From NCBI GenBank assembly GCA_019057385.1, contig JAHQJS010000004.1:224001-288000 (forward strand): 64,000 nt of DNA, given 5' to 3'. This document shows positions 1-9,568 of the stretch, piece by piece (position 1 is the first letter of the stretch; each line of letters opens with the position of its first letter). Made by a program: the position numbers and the translations under genes. The DNA is from Candidatus Borrarchaeum weybense (GTDB lineage Archaea > Asgardarchaeota > Sifarchaeia > Borrarchaeales > Borrarchaeaceae). The notes below the pieces were generated by a model. The model worked only from the letters and a program-made list of their open reading frames with translations. It was not told the DNA's origin and did not search any database.

Positions 1-868
1 TTGGTATGACAAAAATGTCACTTGCAGCATAATAACTTGGTAATTCCTCCTCAGAAACGCGACCTGAAAATATTACTCTATCTGTTATATTCAGTCTTTT
101 TGTAATCTTCACAAGGCTTTTTCTTTCCCTTCCGCTCCCCACAATTATTATTTTAATTCTTACATCCTTTCGATCGTTTTTAATTAATTTTACTGCCTTT
201 AAAAGGCAATGCAATCCTTTATGAGCCTCAAGACGACCCACATAGAGTATTACGGTAGCATCTCCTATATTAAGGAGATCTCTAATATGTTTCCCAGATA
301 TATTAGGATTAAATCTATTTAAATCGACTCCATGAGGTACAACTTCACTATTTATACGATAACGCTGCTTAACTTCATCCCTAATATATGAACTATGCGT
401 TACAATTCGATTAAATTGTACAAATGACAGCCAAAATTTGAATATTGCATCATATTTTATAAGTGAAAGTTTGTCTAAACCTCTTTTATAAACAGAAAAT
501 GTAAGACCATGATGATCAAATACACAAGGTTTATTATAAAGGCGTTTAATTAAAAAAACCAATAAAAAATCAATAAACGAGTGTGTTTCTACACAGAACA
601 CATCATACTGACCTAGAAAACGCAATGCTTTTTTAAGATAAGGAGTCAAAGAGATTTCATGAAGAAGAGGTACTTTTGAAAGAATTCGTGGAAAAGAAAA
701 CACTTTATAATCAGATAGAGTTCTGAGCGCCTGAGAATCATACCATGGTCCCGTAACAAATACAGTTACATTATGACCCATTTTCTCTAAACCCAGTACA
801 ATTTTCCTGACATAATCGCCTCTACTATCTGGTGATTTGAAATAGTGCATCAAGAAAGCAATTTTCAT
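1..868 (-). CDS. GT4 (GT-B) glycosyltransferase, 3'-partial
   Basis: Not in the ORF track. Reads MKIAFLMHYF...GHNVTVF...VVPHGVDLNRF...ILYVGRLEAHKG...YAASDIFVIP and stays open to the window edge. Confidence 0.88.
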   Translation of the reverse strand, partial: MKIAFLMHYFKSPDSRGDYVRKIVLGLEKMGHNVTVFVTGPWYDSQALRTLSDYKVFSFPRILSKVPLLHEISLTPYLKKALRFLGQYDVFCVETHSFIDFLLVFLIKRLYNKPCVFDHHGLTFSVYKRGLDKLSLIKYDAIFKFWLSFVQFNRIVTHSSYIRDEVKQRYRINSEVVPHGVDLNRFNPNISGKHIRDLLNIGDATVILYVGRLEAHKGLHCLLKAVKLIKNDRKDVRIKIIIVGSGRERKSLVKITKRLNITDRVIFSGRVSEEELPSYYAASDIFVIP

Positions 869-953
869 TGAAAAGTCCGCTCTCCCGTTTTTAAGTATTT
901 ATAAAACGTAAGATAGATTTTACAAACTGTATTACTCAATTATTCTTCTAAAG

Positions 954-2324
954 TCAATTGTTTTTTATGAGGTTATAGATAAGAATATCAGGTCCATTCT
1001 GAGCTAGATCTCTTATTTTTCCAGGCAGAGCATATTCTTGGATCCCTGCCAAAGGTGATGTGAGGACACCAATAATTTGCGTGAATATACTAAATCCGAG
1101 TAATATGTAAAAGAAAACCCAAAAATACCTATTGGATGAAAACTTTTCTAGAGTTTTTCCTAACGGCAATACAAAACATGGAAGAATATCTGTTAAGAAT
1201 CGAGGACCAAAAGACAGTCCACCATGCCACCATGTATATGTTGAATAGAATAAAAGAATGGCAAAGAATGAAAGGATAAACAACGTTGCCTCTTCTTTAT
1301 TTGATTTAAAGAAATAGAAAAATCCAGGAATTGACAAAATCAAAATTGGCGAATAGATAAATAAACCTCTTCCAGGGCTGAATAGAAGCCCATATAAGCC
1401 AAAGAAAGGGTTTGTCGAAAATACTGAAGAAATCGAAGTATAATCATAAAGAAGATCGTAATAATATCCCATAATAAATGGATTATCAAAACATAGAAAG
1501 TTATAGAAAAGGAGTAATGAAAGGGCAGGAACTGTTCCGATAATAAAAAGAATGAAGGTTTTCACTATTTGTGATTTTAATACAAAATAAATCAAGATAG
1601 GTATACTTATGAGAATATTTGAGAACCTTACAGTAACTGCTATCCCCATAATAATGCCTGCGAAAAAATGTCCATTGGTTTTCTCATATTTTGTATTTAA
1701 TATAACCAGATATACCACAAAGAAATTCAAGAACATAGATAATGATTGGGCATAGAAAGTCTTAGCATATATCCATGAGGTCGTGCCGAAAGCTAGTGTT
1801 ATTGATGTAAAAAGAGCGGAATTATCATTAAATTCCAGTTCAGTTAATAGATTATGAAACAGTACAATGGTTAAAGCAGCGGAGATTGAACTAAGCATCG
1901 CCATTGGAACGTATGTAACTGAAATGTAAGATAAATTTATTCCTAGGGAATTTAATAGTATCCAGATTCCTTTTCCGATTAAAAAGAAGGGAATGGCGAT
2001 AAAAGATTGGCCTGGTGGTAATGTGGAGTAATAATGTCCATTATAATAACCAATGCCCATTCTTGATTCTAATTTCCAAGGTGTGTATATTTCCAGTGCT
2101 TGATCGACATACAAATTCTGGAAATCGGTGATTGATACTGTTAATAACCAATAGCTAGATTCATCAGGAGAATAATAATGTGCGATTGAAACTGAGTATA
2201 TTATAAAAGTAAGAAGAAATAACTTAAATCTAGTTTTGTCATTCCAAATTAAATTTATAATGAAATCTGCGATATCTTTAAATTTATTGCGAATTGAGAA
2301 GATTCTCACTCTTGATAGCACCAT
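954..2324 (-). CDS. GT-C-fold membrane glycosyltransferase (PMT_2/GT39-like)
   Basis: Multi-TM protein with SPDE in the first external loop, YYSTLPPGQS, GLLFSPGRGLFIYSP and WWHGGLSFGPRFL. Start placed at ATG 2324 because the track start (2453) overlaps the divergent gene. Confidence 0.8.
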   Translation of the reverse strand: MVLSRVRIFSIRNKFKDIADFIINLIWNDKTRFKLFLLTFIIYSVSIAHYYSPDESSYWLLTVSITDFQNLYVDQALEIYTPWKLESRMGIGYYNGHYYSTLPPGQSFIAIPFFLIGKGIWILLNSLGINLSYISVTYVPMAMLSSISAALTIVLFHNLLTELEFNDNSALFTSITLAFGTTSWIYAKTFYAQSLSMFLNFFVVYLVILNTKYEKTNGHFFAGIIMGIAVTVRFSNILISIPILIYFVLKSQIVKTFILFIIGTVPALSLLLFYNFLCFDNPFIMGYYYDLLYDYTSISSVFSTNPFFGLYGLLFSPGRGLFIYSPILILSIPGFFYFFKSNKEEATLFILSFFAILLFYSTYTWWHGGLSFGPRFLTDILPCFVLPLGKTLEKFSSNRYFWVFFYILLGFSIFTQIIGVLTSPLAGIQEYALPGKIRDLAQNGPDILIYNLIKNN

Positions 2325-2373
2325 AACTTTCTTATAGCCTTGTTCTTTCCATCTTGGGCAACGAGGTTGTGTA

Positions 2374-4176
2374 ATGTCTAAAATCTGGCGGTCTAACACT
2401 TTTATTTTATTAGTGCTTTTTTGCGTTTCTGTTCTTATTAGGGTTATTCCCATGCAAAAATGGGTTTATGGATTAGATGAAGCTATGCATCTAATTGCAC
2501 CCTCTTTTCTTGCAGGATCTAAAGACCCAGGTACCAAACCAGGCTACGCTTTTATATTGATCATTATTTTTATAATTCTAAATAGTCAGCATCCATTTTT
2601 TGCGCGGTTGTTGACAGTTATCTTTACAAGTTTAATACCTTTTGTTGGTTTTTCTTTTGGCAAAAAACTTGGAGGAGAAAAGACTGGTTTGATTACTGCA
2701 ATTTTCTTAACGTTTCATCATAGGCTTTTTGATCTTTCCTACTGGATTATGACAGATGTTCCATTCACATTTCTCTCATTTCTTAGTACTTATTTCGTCG
2801 TCTGTAATGTTCAAAAGTCTGAGAAATCTGAAACAAATATACATCTCACATTAATTACAGGCATACTTTGTGGGCTCTCATATTTATTTCGACAAATAGG
2901 GATTTATCTTGTCCTCATGGTTATTCTACTGTATTTTGTAACAAAGGGCAACTTGGCAGTCAAGTTTAAGGGTTTTATTGGATTTTTTATGGGAGTAACA
3001 ATCATGTTATTTCCATGGTTTCTTTGGAGTTATATTCAATTTGGTGTTTTAGACCCTGCTACTTCTGTTATTAATATTTCTTCTTTTCCCGTTATCCATG
3101 TCAATTTATTGACCTATATTTTGCTTTTCCTTGTCCTAACCGCTTCTAGTGTAATAATATGTTTGATAATTCATTATAGAAACAAATATTTTGGAATAAA
3201 AAAACAGCTTGGTATTTTTGTTGCATGTAGCATTTCTGCCTTCTATGTTTTTGCATTAATTTATTTTGTATATTTTAAAACAAAAGGTGTCTTTAAACTT
3301 CTACTTTATTATTTCGTACAAATACCTGGGTTGGTATTAGGATTCGATCTAATTAATCAGTATCAGGTAACTCCTTATGCTATCATCATTTCAATCATTA
3401 TCTTCCAAATTTTATTAGTTGGACTTGTGATCGGCTATCGAATGAACAGGCTATTTACGAGGGTTACCCTACTCTCCATTATTATATTGCTTATATTTTT
3501 GGTGAACATTATTTATTATAAATCACGCTATTTTTATCCAATTATTCCTTTGCTAACACCCTTTTTGTGGATTGGGTTGTTTAAAATCAGGGATTCTTCA
3601 ATTTCCGTTTTACGAAAATTTTACTATCGGTATCCTAACTATTTTAGAAAGGGTTTCTTACTCTCATTTCATAGATCATGCAGTCTTATCATAAGCATTA
3701 TGTTTATCACTGTAATTCTATTTCCGAATATTGTAGCAGACGGCTTAGCAAATAATGATTATTTATCAACTGATGACATGGTTGTTACATCTCCATTATG
3801 GAGAGAATATATCGAGGCTGCTCTTTGGTTTAAAGAAACTAGTGATCCGCAAGCTAAAGTGATGGCATTTAAAAACTTTGATTTTGAGTATTATTCGCAA
3901 CGAAAGTGTATCGCACCGTCTCAACGAATATATAATGAATACTTTCGAAACAATAAACAAGCATATGTCACGGAATTAATGACTTATATGAAGGCAAACA
4001 ACATAACCCATATCGTTTTTGGGCCTTTTGGATATTCAGATAATATCCTATTTTGGCTTTCTGATCCAGATACAGCACCTTCTTATGTAGAAGTAATTTA
4101 CTTAAGAAATTCGCCTAAAGTAATCATATATTTGATTCAATGGTCCAAATTTACGCCAGCATCTCCTTTTGATTAA
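2374..4176 (+). CDS. GT-C membrane glycosyltransferase (ArnT/PMT_2-like) with extracytoplasmic C-terminal domain
   Basis: GLDE loop, MTDVPF, RYFYPIIP and C-terminal AALWFKETS...YYSQR; GAGGT upstream of the ATG. Confidence 0.82.
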   Translation: MSKIWRSNTFILLVLFCVSVLIRVIPMQKWVYGLDEAMHLIAPSFLAGSKDPGTKPGYAFILIIIFIILNSQHPFFARLLTVIFTSLIPFVGFSFGKKLGGEKTGLITAIFLTFHHRLFDLSYWIMTDVPFTFLSFLSTYFVVCNVQKSEKSETNIHLTLITGILCGLSYLFRQIGIYLVLMVILLYFVTKGNLAVKFKGFIGFFMGVTIMLFPWFLWSYIQFGVLDPATSVINISSFPVIHVNLLTYILLFLVLTASSVIICLIIHYRNKYFGIKKQLGIFVACSISAFYVFALIYFVYFKTKGVFKLLLYYFVQIPGLVLGFDLINQYQVTPYAIIISIIIFQILLVGLVIGYRMNRLFTRVTLLSIIILLIFLVNIIYYKSRYFYPIIPLLTPFLWIGLFKIRDSSISVLRKFYYRYPNYFRKGFLLSFHRSCSLIISIMFITVILFPNIVADGLANNDYLSTDDMVVTSPLWREYIEAALWFKETSDPQAKVMAFKNFDFEYYSQRKCIAPSQRIYNEYFRNNKQAYVTELMTYMKANNITHIVFGPFGYSDNILFWLSDPDTAPSYVEVIYLRNSPKVIIYLIQWSKFTPASPFD

Positions 4177-4235
4177 CTGGCGATTCTTTGAGAAACAATG
4201 TGCTTTTTCGGCCAGATATTTGAATTTGTGTTAAA

Positions 4236-4468
4236 GATTTTACAAAGTTAGATTAGTGAACTACCATCCAACAAGTGGAATGGCTTCCTGCTTCACAGAC
4301 GACCTGCGGCGTCTCTAACCATACCGTTACCTGGTATCGGCTTAACACAGGCTTTAAATCGGGTAGTCCCTGCCCTAATGTGTCCCCTTCCAGACCCACT
4401 GGGCTTTACGGCATACAGGGTTCAGAAGGGTACTCGCATGCCGACCTCTTGCCTGCAGGTAGACACAT
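4236..4468 (-). ncRNA. Putative stand-alone TnpB-type omegaRNA (reRNA): 5' structured domain, scaffold and flank-derived guide
   Basis: The segment GGGCAGGGACTACCCGATTTAAAGCCTGTG...GAAGCAGGAAGCC...GGTAGTTCAC (4375-4256) matches the typical tnpB 3'/right-end RNA pattern. Its stems contain G-U pairs only on the minus strand. Predicted guide about TAATCTAACTTTGTAAAATC (4255-4236). RNA ends are inferred. Confidence 0.68.
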
Positions 4469-4579
4469 GTCATATGTGTGCGAAAACCTATTTAAAATTT
4501 AGAGTGACATGGGTGAAAGTGAAAATAGTAATGCACTTCATCCCCCCAACACGATGAGGGGTCTTCTTGCGAAGAAATG
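4256..4579 (-). mobile_element. Non-autonomous IS200/IS605-family miniature element (no tnpA or tnpB)
   Basis: Minus strand reads TTTAT|CATTTCTTCGCAAGAAGA-CCCCTCA-TCGTGT-TGGGGGG-ATGAA (left-end hairpin, 4561-4542) ... GAAGCAGGAAG-CCATTCCA-CTTGT-TGGATGG-TAGTTCAC| (right-end hairpin and TTCAC terminus). It is visibly more GC-rich than its flanks. Confidence 0.8.
4489..4497 (-). promoter_or_regulatory. Archaeal TATA box (TTTTAAATA), probably driving the omegaRNA
   Basis: Its 5' end lies about 30 nt upstream of the first paired base of the structured RNA (4468). An ACACAT-N5-ATGTGT inverted repeat overlaps the predicted start site. Confidence 0.5.
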
Positions 4580-4737
4580 ATAAAATAACTTGAGAAAAAA
4601 TGGACGAACTCACATTGAGTAATGAAGATGACATTATGAAAATCGGATAAGATTATGAGTAATCTAGTTAACTTTGATAACAATAAAATTATCTTTACAG
4701 AAACGTGAATAAAATTTAGATTGGAGTTCAGCAATCT

Positions 4738-7098
4738 ATGCGCGGTGTCCTTTTCGGATTAGGTGTTCTTAGTCTATCCCATGTATTGCTAGTTATATGG
4801 CGATATGGAATCATTCCTTTGTCTTTTGTTTGGCCAATTAGTTTAATTTGTATTGGAGTTATCATTCTTGCGATTTCAGAACTAATAGGGAAGGAGGTAA
4901 CTCGATTCCTTGAGTGTATAACTACATCACATAAATATGCTCTTAGTTTTATAATTCTCGTTTCAGTATTAGCGAATCTTTCCTTAATAGGCCCGGGTAA
5001 TATCCATGGAGACGGTATTTTTCATGTATTCAAAGTTTGGTATTTAAGAAAGGCATGGATGAATGGAATTTTCTATCCAATATGGTGTCCTTACTGGTAT
5101 TCAGGGTATCCTTTTTTGGAATTTTATGGTCCACTTTTCTATGTCTTTGCCGCTTTACTTTCCTTAGGCACAGACTGGATGACAGGCTCTAAGTTTGCAA
5201 TTTACTTTGCGTGTATATTATCATCTCTGACTATGTATGGTCTTATTTATGTTATTACTCAAGATAGATTGGGAGGAATAGTAGGAGGGCTAGCATATAC
5301 TCTTACTTACTATAAATTTCCTCTTTTAACCAAGTTTGGGCATCTTGCTAGCAGTTTAGAATGGTTTTTTCTGCCATTATTATTCTTATTCTTGGAATTA
5401 GCTATTAAAAGAGAAAAACACATTTTTGCTGTATATGCAGGTTTTTGTTGGGCGGGAATTTTTCTTACTCATGCAGGAGACGGATATATGATCTCTTTTT
5501 TAGTAATATTCTATCTTATAATCTCAAGTATAATTAAGTTTAATTTAGAAAATATATACTTCATAGGGCGATTAGCCTTGATTTCAGGGACTATAACATT
5601 GGGTTTATCTGCCTTCTTTTTAATACCTTACCTGCTTGATAGTGTTGAAGCAAATACGAGATTATTTGTATACCCTGGAAAGCTAGGAGACCCCATATCC
5701 TTACCTTTAATTCTCACGAGAGATTTTGTACACATCAATCAACCATTTCCTATTTACATAGGGAATTCAATTCTGATAATAGCGTTTTTAGCAATCTTTC
5801 TTCGAAGAAATAGAGCATCGATTGTTTACACTGCTTCTTTACTCTTTTCTTTATTTTTTGTTCTAGGCTCAGCAGTTCCGTTTTATAGCGAAATTCCTCT
5901 TATTACTAGCCTAGATTATTTTCCTTATCGCTTTTTACTATTAGTTAGTTTTGTGGCATCAGTACTATCTGGTCTCACAATCGCCTCACTTAAAGATATA
6001 CAAAAACCATTTTCAGCCTATTTAAAGAAATTTAAATCAAAGCGTAAGCTTCAAAAACACTTAATCGTTGTGTTGATGGTTATCATAGTTATTGATTTGT
6101 GGCCGGGGACATTAATTTCCAAAAATCGCCCCTTATCTTGGATGCTTGATGATAACTGGATAAATACCTATAATTGGCTTAATGAACATCCCGGTTATCA
6201 CAAAATCATCAGATTAGATAGAGGAGGTCCTCCTAATTATGCTTATCATGCCATTATAGGGAATACATTCGATACTGCTGGTGCGTTTGGTCAAGCTGAG
6301 AATCAAGAGTATTCATCTTTTAAAATCAAATTTGAGGGAGACATAAAATCTTTAAAAAATACTCCTAGAAAGGGATTACTAACTCCCTTAAGACTTTTAG
6401 GTGTCAGATATTTGATTATAGATAGTTCTCGTAGTTATGCTAAATACTTGATTGAATCTTCTAAATTGGATATAATGCAGACTAATGGCAACGTAATGAT
6501 TCTAGAATATAACGAATATACTTCGCCTGTTATTATTTCTCAAGCAGCTGCACTTGTTGAAGCAGATAATGAAATCAATGAATATTATTCTTATGTAACA
6601 GATCCAGATTATGATCCTTCAAAAATGATTTTTCTTAAGGCAACAAAATTTGATTACGAATCAAATGTCCCACTTAACTTGCCTGAGGATTTTATAGATG
6701 ATAAAAGTAACTTCAATTCCGATACACTTGAACTAGAGATTAAGGAGAACACGATCTCTGCAAAGGTATATATCTCTGCTCCTTCTTTTGTATATTTCAG
6801 TTTTAGCTACTTTCCTGGCTGGAAAGCCTTGGTTGATGGGACAGAAAGTAATATCTTAATTGCAGAACCAAATTTTATGTGTTTATACATTGATAAGGCT
6901 GGAACACATAACATCTCACTTAAATATAGTTTAAATCCGCCGAAAACTGTCGGAATAGTTATCACATTAAGTACCTTTCTGGTGTCACTTTTTATGATGG
7001 CCTGGCCTTCTCGACAGACATTTAAAGAAACTATAGAACTGATTATATTCAGAAAACGCAAAGGAAAAAAAGTTAATCAAGATCTCAAAAAAAGTTAA
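4738..7098 (+). CDS. GT-C-like membrane protein (PTPS-related membrane domain plus YfhO-like C-terminus), paralog 1
   Basis: HGDGIFH, WCPYWYSGYPFLEFYGPL, FPYRF and a C-terminal YFPGWKALVDG motif. Confidence 0.82.
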   Translation: MRGVLFGLGVLSLSHVLLVIWRYGIIPLSFVWPISLICIGVIILAISELIGKEVTRFLECITTSHKYALSFIILVSVLANLSLIGPGNIHGDGIFHVFKVWYLRKAWMNGIFYPIWCPYWYSGYPFLEFYGPLFYVFAALLSLGTDWMTGSKFAIYFACILSSLTMYGLIYVITQDRLGGIVGGLAYTLTYYKFPLLTKFGHLASSLEWFFLPLLFLFLELAIKREKHIFAVYAGFCWAGIFLTHAGDGYMISFLVIFYLIISSIIKFNLENIYFIGRLALISGTITLGLSAFFLIPYLLDSVEANTRLFVYPGKLGDPISLPLILTRDFVHINQPFPIYIGNSILIIAFLAIFLRRNRASIVYTASLLFSLFFVLGSAVPFYSEIPLITSLDYFPYRFLLLVSFVASVLSGLTIASLKDIQKPFSAYLKKFKSKRKLQKHLIVVLMVIIVIDLWPGTLISKNRPLSWMLDDNWINTYNWLNEHPGYHKIIRLDRGGPPNYAYHAIIGNTFDTAGAFGQAENQEYSSFKIKFEGDIKSLKNTPRKGLLTPLRLLGVRYLIIDSSRSYAKYLIESSKLDIMQTNGNVMILEYNEYTSPVIISQAAALVEADNEINEYYSYVTDPDYDPSKMIFLKATKFDYESNVPLNLPEDFIDDKSNFNSDTLELEIKENTISAKVYISAPSFVYFSFSYFPGWKALVDGTESNILIAEPNFMCLYIDKAGTHNISLKYSLNPPKTVGIVITLSTFLVSLFMMAWPSRQTFKETIELIIFRKRKGKKVNQDLKKS

Positions 7099-7231
7099 AC
7101 TAAGACTTTTTACGCTAGCTTTCATCTCATCTTCAAAAAGAATCATTTAGATATTAACTTAATCGCTGTGTAAGCTGAAGAAAATACTAACTAAATCCTT
7201 GAATGTAAATTTAGAACCGGAGTTCAAAACT

Positions 7232-9568
7232 ATGCGTGGTTCTCTTTCAGGAATTGGAATTCTTAGTCTTTCACAAATTTTATTAGTCCTTTGGCGATAT
7301 GGACTTCTTCCCTTCTCTTTAATTTGGCCTATTCTTTTGAGTTGCTTAGCAGTTATTATACTGGTGGTTTCTGAATTGTTATGGCACGATGTAACAACCT
7401 TCGTTGAATTAATGACTACTTCTCATCGATTTGCACTTGGTTTCATTATTCTAATTGCCGCATTGGCGAATCTCACTTTAATAGGTCCTGGTTATATTCA
7501 TGCTGATGGTATTACTCATGCTTTTAAGGTGTGGTATCTTAGGAAAGCGTGGCTAAATGGAAGCTTTTATCCACTTTGGTGTCCCTATTGGTATTCAGGA
7601 TATCCATTTCTGGAATTTTATGGCCCTCTATTTTATGTTTTTGCTGCTTTACTTTCCTTGGGAACAGATTGGATGCTTGGCTCTAAACTGGCTCTGTATC
7701 TTGCATGTATAATGTCTCCCCTCGCCATGTATGGTCTTGTATATGTCATTACTGAGGATAGACTTGGAGGAATAGTGGGAGGGGTAGCCTATACCCTTAT
7801 CTACTATAAATTTCCTCTATTAACGAAGTATGGACATCTTGCTAGCAGTTTGGTGTTGATTTTTCTTCCTTTATTATTCTTATCTTTTGAATTAGCCATT
7901 AGAAAAGAAAAACAAGTGTATGCGATATTAGCAGGTTTTTGTTGGGCTGGGGTATTCCTTTCTCATCAAGGAGCCGGATATATGGTCTCTCTTTTGGTAT
8001 TTTTTTATCTTCTATTTTCCTGTGCTATTAAGTTCAAATTTGAAAATATCTACTTAATAGGTCGCATATGCTTAATTTCAACAGTCGTAGCGTTAGGTCT
8101 GTCTTCCTTCTTCATTATACCTTACTTTATAGATGGTATTGGAGCAAATACAAGAATCTTTGATTCACATTGGCTAGGATATCCTATATCTCTACCCTTA
8201 ATTCTGACAAGAGATTTTGTAAACGTTTATCAACCGTTTCCTGTATATATTGGGGATTCTATATTGGGAATAGCTTTTGCAGCGATATTTCTGCGTAGAA
8301 CTAGGTCAACCATCGTATATACTGCATTGTTGCTTTTTTCGTTCTTTCTTGTACTCGGATCAGAACTTCCATTCTATACTGCAATTCCTTTTATTGTCAG
8401 TCTTGAATATCCGTATCGATTCCTCATACTAGTTAGTTTTGTGGCATCAGTATTATCTGGCATTGCAATTTCATCAATAAAGAATATACAAAAACCATTT
8501 TCAGGGTATCTTATGAAACTTAAGTCGAATCCAAGAATTCAAAAAAGGGTAATCGTAATATTGATGGTCATTATAATCATTGATCTATGGCCAGGAACCT
8601 TAGTTTCCAAAAACAGACCTTTGGATTGGTTAGTTGATGATGAATGGTTAGGTGCCTATAATTGGCTTGATACACAGACTGGTTACCATAAAATCATGAG
8701 ATTTGGGAATTCTGGACCCAGTTATGTAGTTTCTTCTTCTATTATTGGAAACACATTCGACACCGCAGGCTACTTTAGACAATCTACGAATAAAGATTAT
8801 GGTGAGTTTACCTCCACATTTAAGGGAGAAATAAGATCATTGAATAATGCCCCTAAAAAAGGGCTTCTAACGCCTCTTCAACTTTTAGGTGTTAAATATG
8901 TGCTTTTAGATACTTCTAAAAATTATGCTACACATTTAGCAAAATCATCTGAATTAGAAGTAGTGCATACTTCCGGCAAGGTAACTATTTTGGAATATAG
9001 TGGATATACTTCCCCGATCATAATTTCTCAGTCTGCAGCGCTTGTTGGAGGCGAAAACGAAATCGATACTTTCTATGATTATGTAACAAATCCAGATTAT
9101 GATCCTTCTAAAATGATTTTTCTCAAAGAAGATCAGTATTATAACGACATTGAGACCCCTCTCCAATCTTTTGAGGACTCAATAGAGTATGACGCCAGTT
9201 TTATGTCACAAATTATTGATTTAGAGGTGAGAGAAGACATTATCTTGACAAATATATTTGTTTCTGCATCTTCTTTTGTATTTTTCAGTTTTAATTTCTT
9301 CCCTGGCTGGCATGCTTTAGTTGATGGAAAAGAAAGTAAAATCCTAATAGCGGAACCCTTTTTTATGTGTATATATCTTAACGAAGGCGGAACGCATAAT
9401 GTCTCGCTTAAGTACCAGCTTAATACACCTAAAACAGTAGGATTACTAATTACACTGAGTACATTATTTGTAGCACTCTTTGTTACGTTTTGGTCGTATA
9501 AACAGAAAATCAAAGAGATAATAGAACAGAGCTTATTGAGCAAATACAGAGGATGGAGAACTAAATGA
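7232..9568 (+). CDS. GT-C-like membrane protein (PTPS-related/YfhO-like), tandem paralog 2
   Basis: Colinear with paralog 1. ATG 7232 chosen because MRGSL aligns with MRGVL and both starts follow GGAGTTCA. Confidence 0.82.
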   Translation: MRGSLSGIGILSLSQILLVLWRYGLLPFSLIWPILLSCLAVIILVVSELLWHDVTTFVELMTTSHRFALGFIILIAALANLTLIGPGYIHADGITHAFKVWYLRKAWLNGSFYPLWCPYWYSGYPFLEFYGPLFYVFAALLSLGTDWMLGSKLALYLACIMSPLAMYGLVYVITEDRLGGIVGGVAYTLIYYKFPLLTKYGHLASSLVLIFLPLLFLSFELAIRKEKQVYAILAGFCWAGVFLSHQGAGYMVSLLVFFYLLFSCAIKFKFENIYLIGRICLISTVVALGLSSFFIIPYFIDGIGANTRIFDSHWLGYPISLPLILTRDFVNVYQPFPVYIGDSILGIAFAAIFLRRTRSTIVYTALLLFSFFLVLGSELPFYTAIPFIVSLEYPYRFLILVSFVASVLSGIAISSIKNIQKPFSGYLMKLKSNPRIQKRVIVILMVIIIIDLWPGTLVSKNRPLDWLVDDEWLGAYNWLDTQTGYHKIMRFGNSGPSYVVSSSIIGNTFDTAGYFRQSTNKDYGEFTSTFKGEIRSLNNAPKKGLLTPLQLLGVKYVLLDTSKNYATHLAKSSELEVVHTSGKVTILEYSGYTSPIIISQSAALVGGENEIDTFYDYVTNPDYDPSKMIFLKEDQYYNDIETPLQSFEDSIEYDASFMSQIIDLEVREDIILTNIFVSASSFVFFSFNFFPGWHALVDGKESKILIAEPFFMCIYLNEGGTHNVSLKYQLNTPKTVGLLITLSTLFVALFVTFWSYKQKIKEIIEQSLLSKYRGWRTK

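Noticed and set aside
4433-4448. AGGUCGGCAUG resembles the start of the HDV antigenomic ribozyme
   Set aside because: The complementary P1 3' strand and the nested double-pseudoknot order are absent.
4275-4502. 75-aa plus-strand ORF (and the 80-aa ORF at 4492-4734)
   Set aside because: The first is antisense to the structured RNA and the second spans the element's left end. Neither has recognisable protein features.
4660-4710. TAATCTAGTTAACTTTGATAA resembles the predicted guide
   Set aside because: It needs gaps after 7 nt and has no adjacent TTTAT motif, so a chance match in AT-rich DNA is likely.
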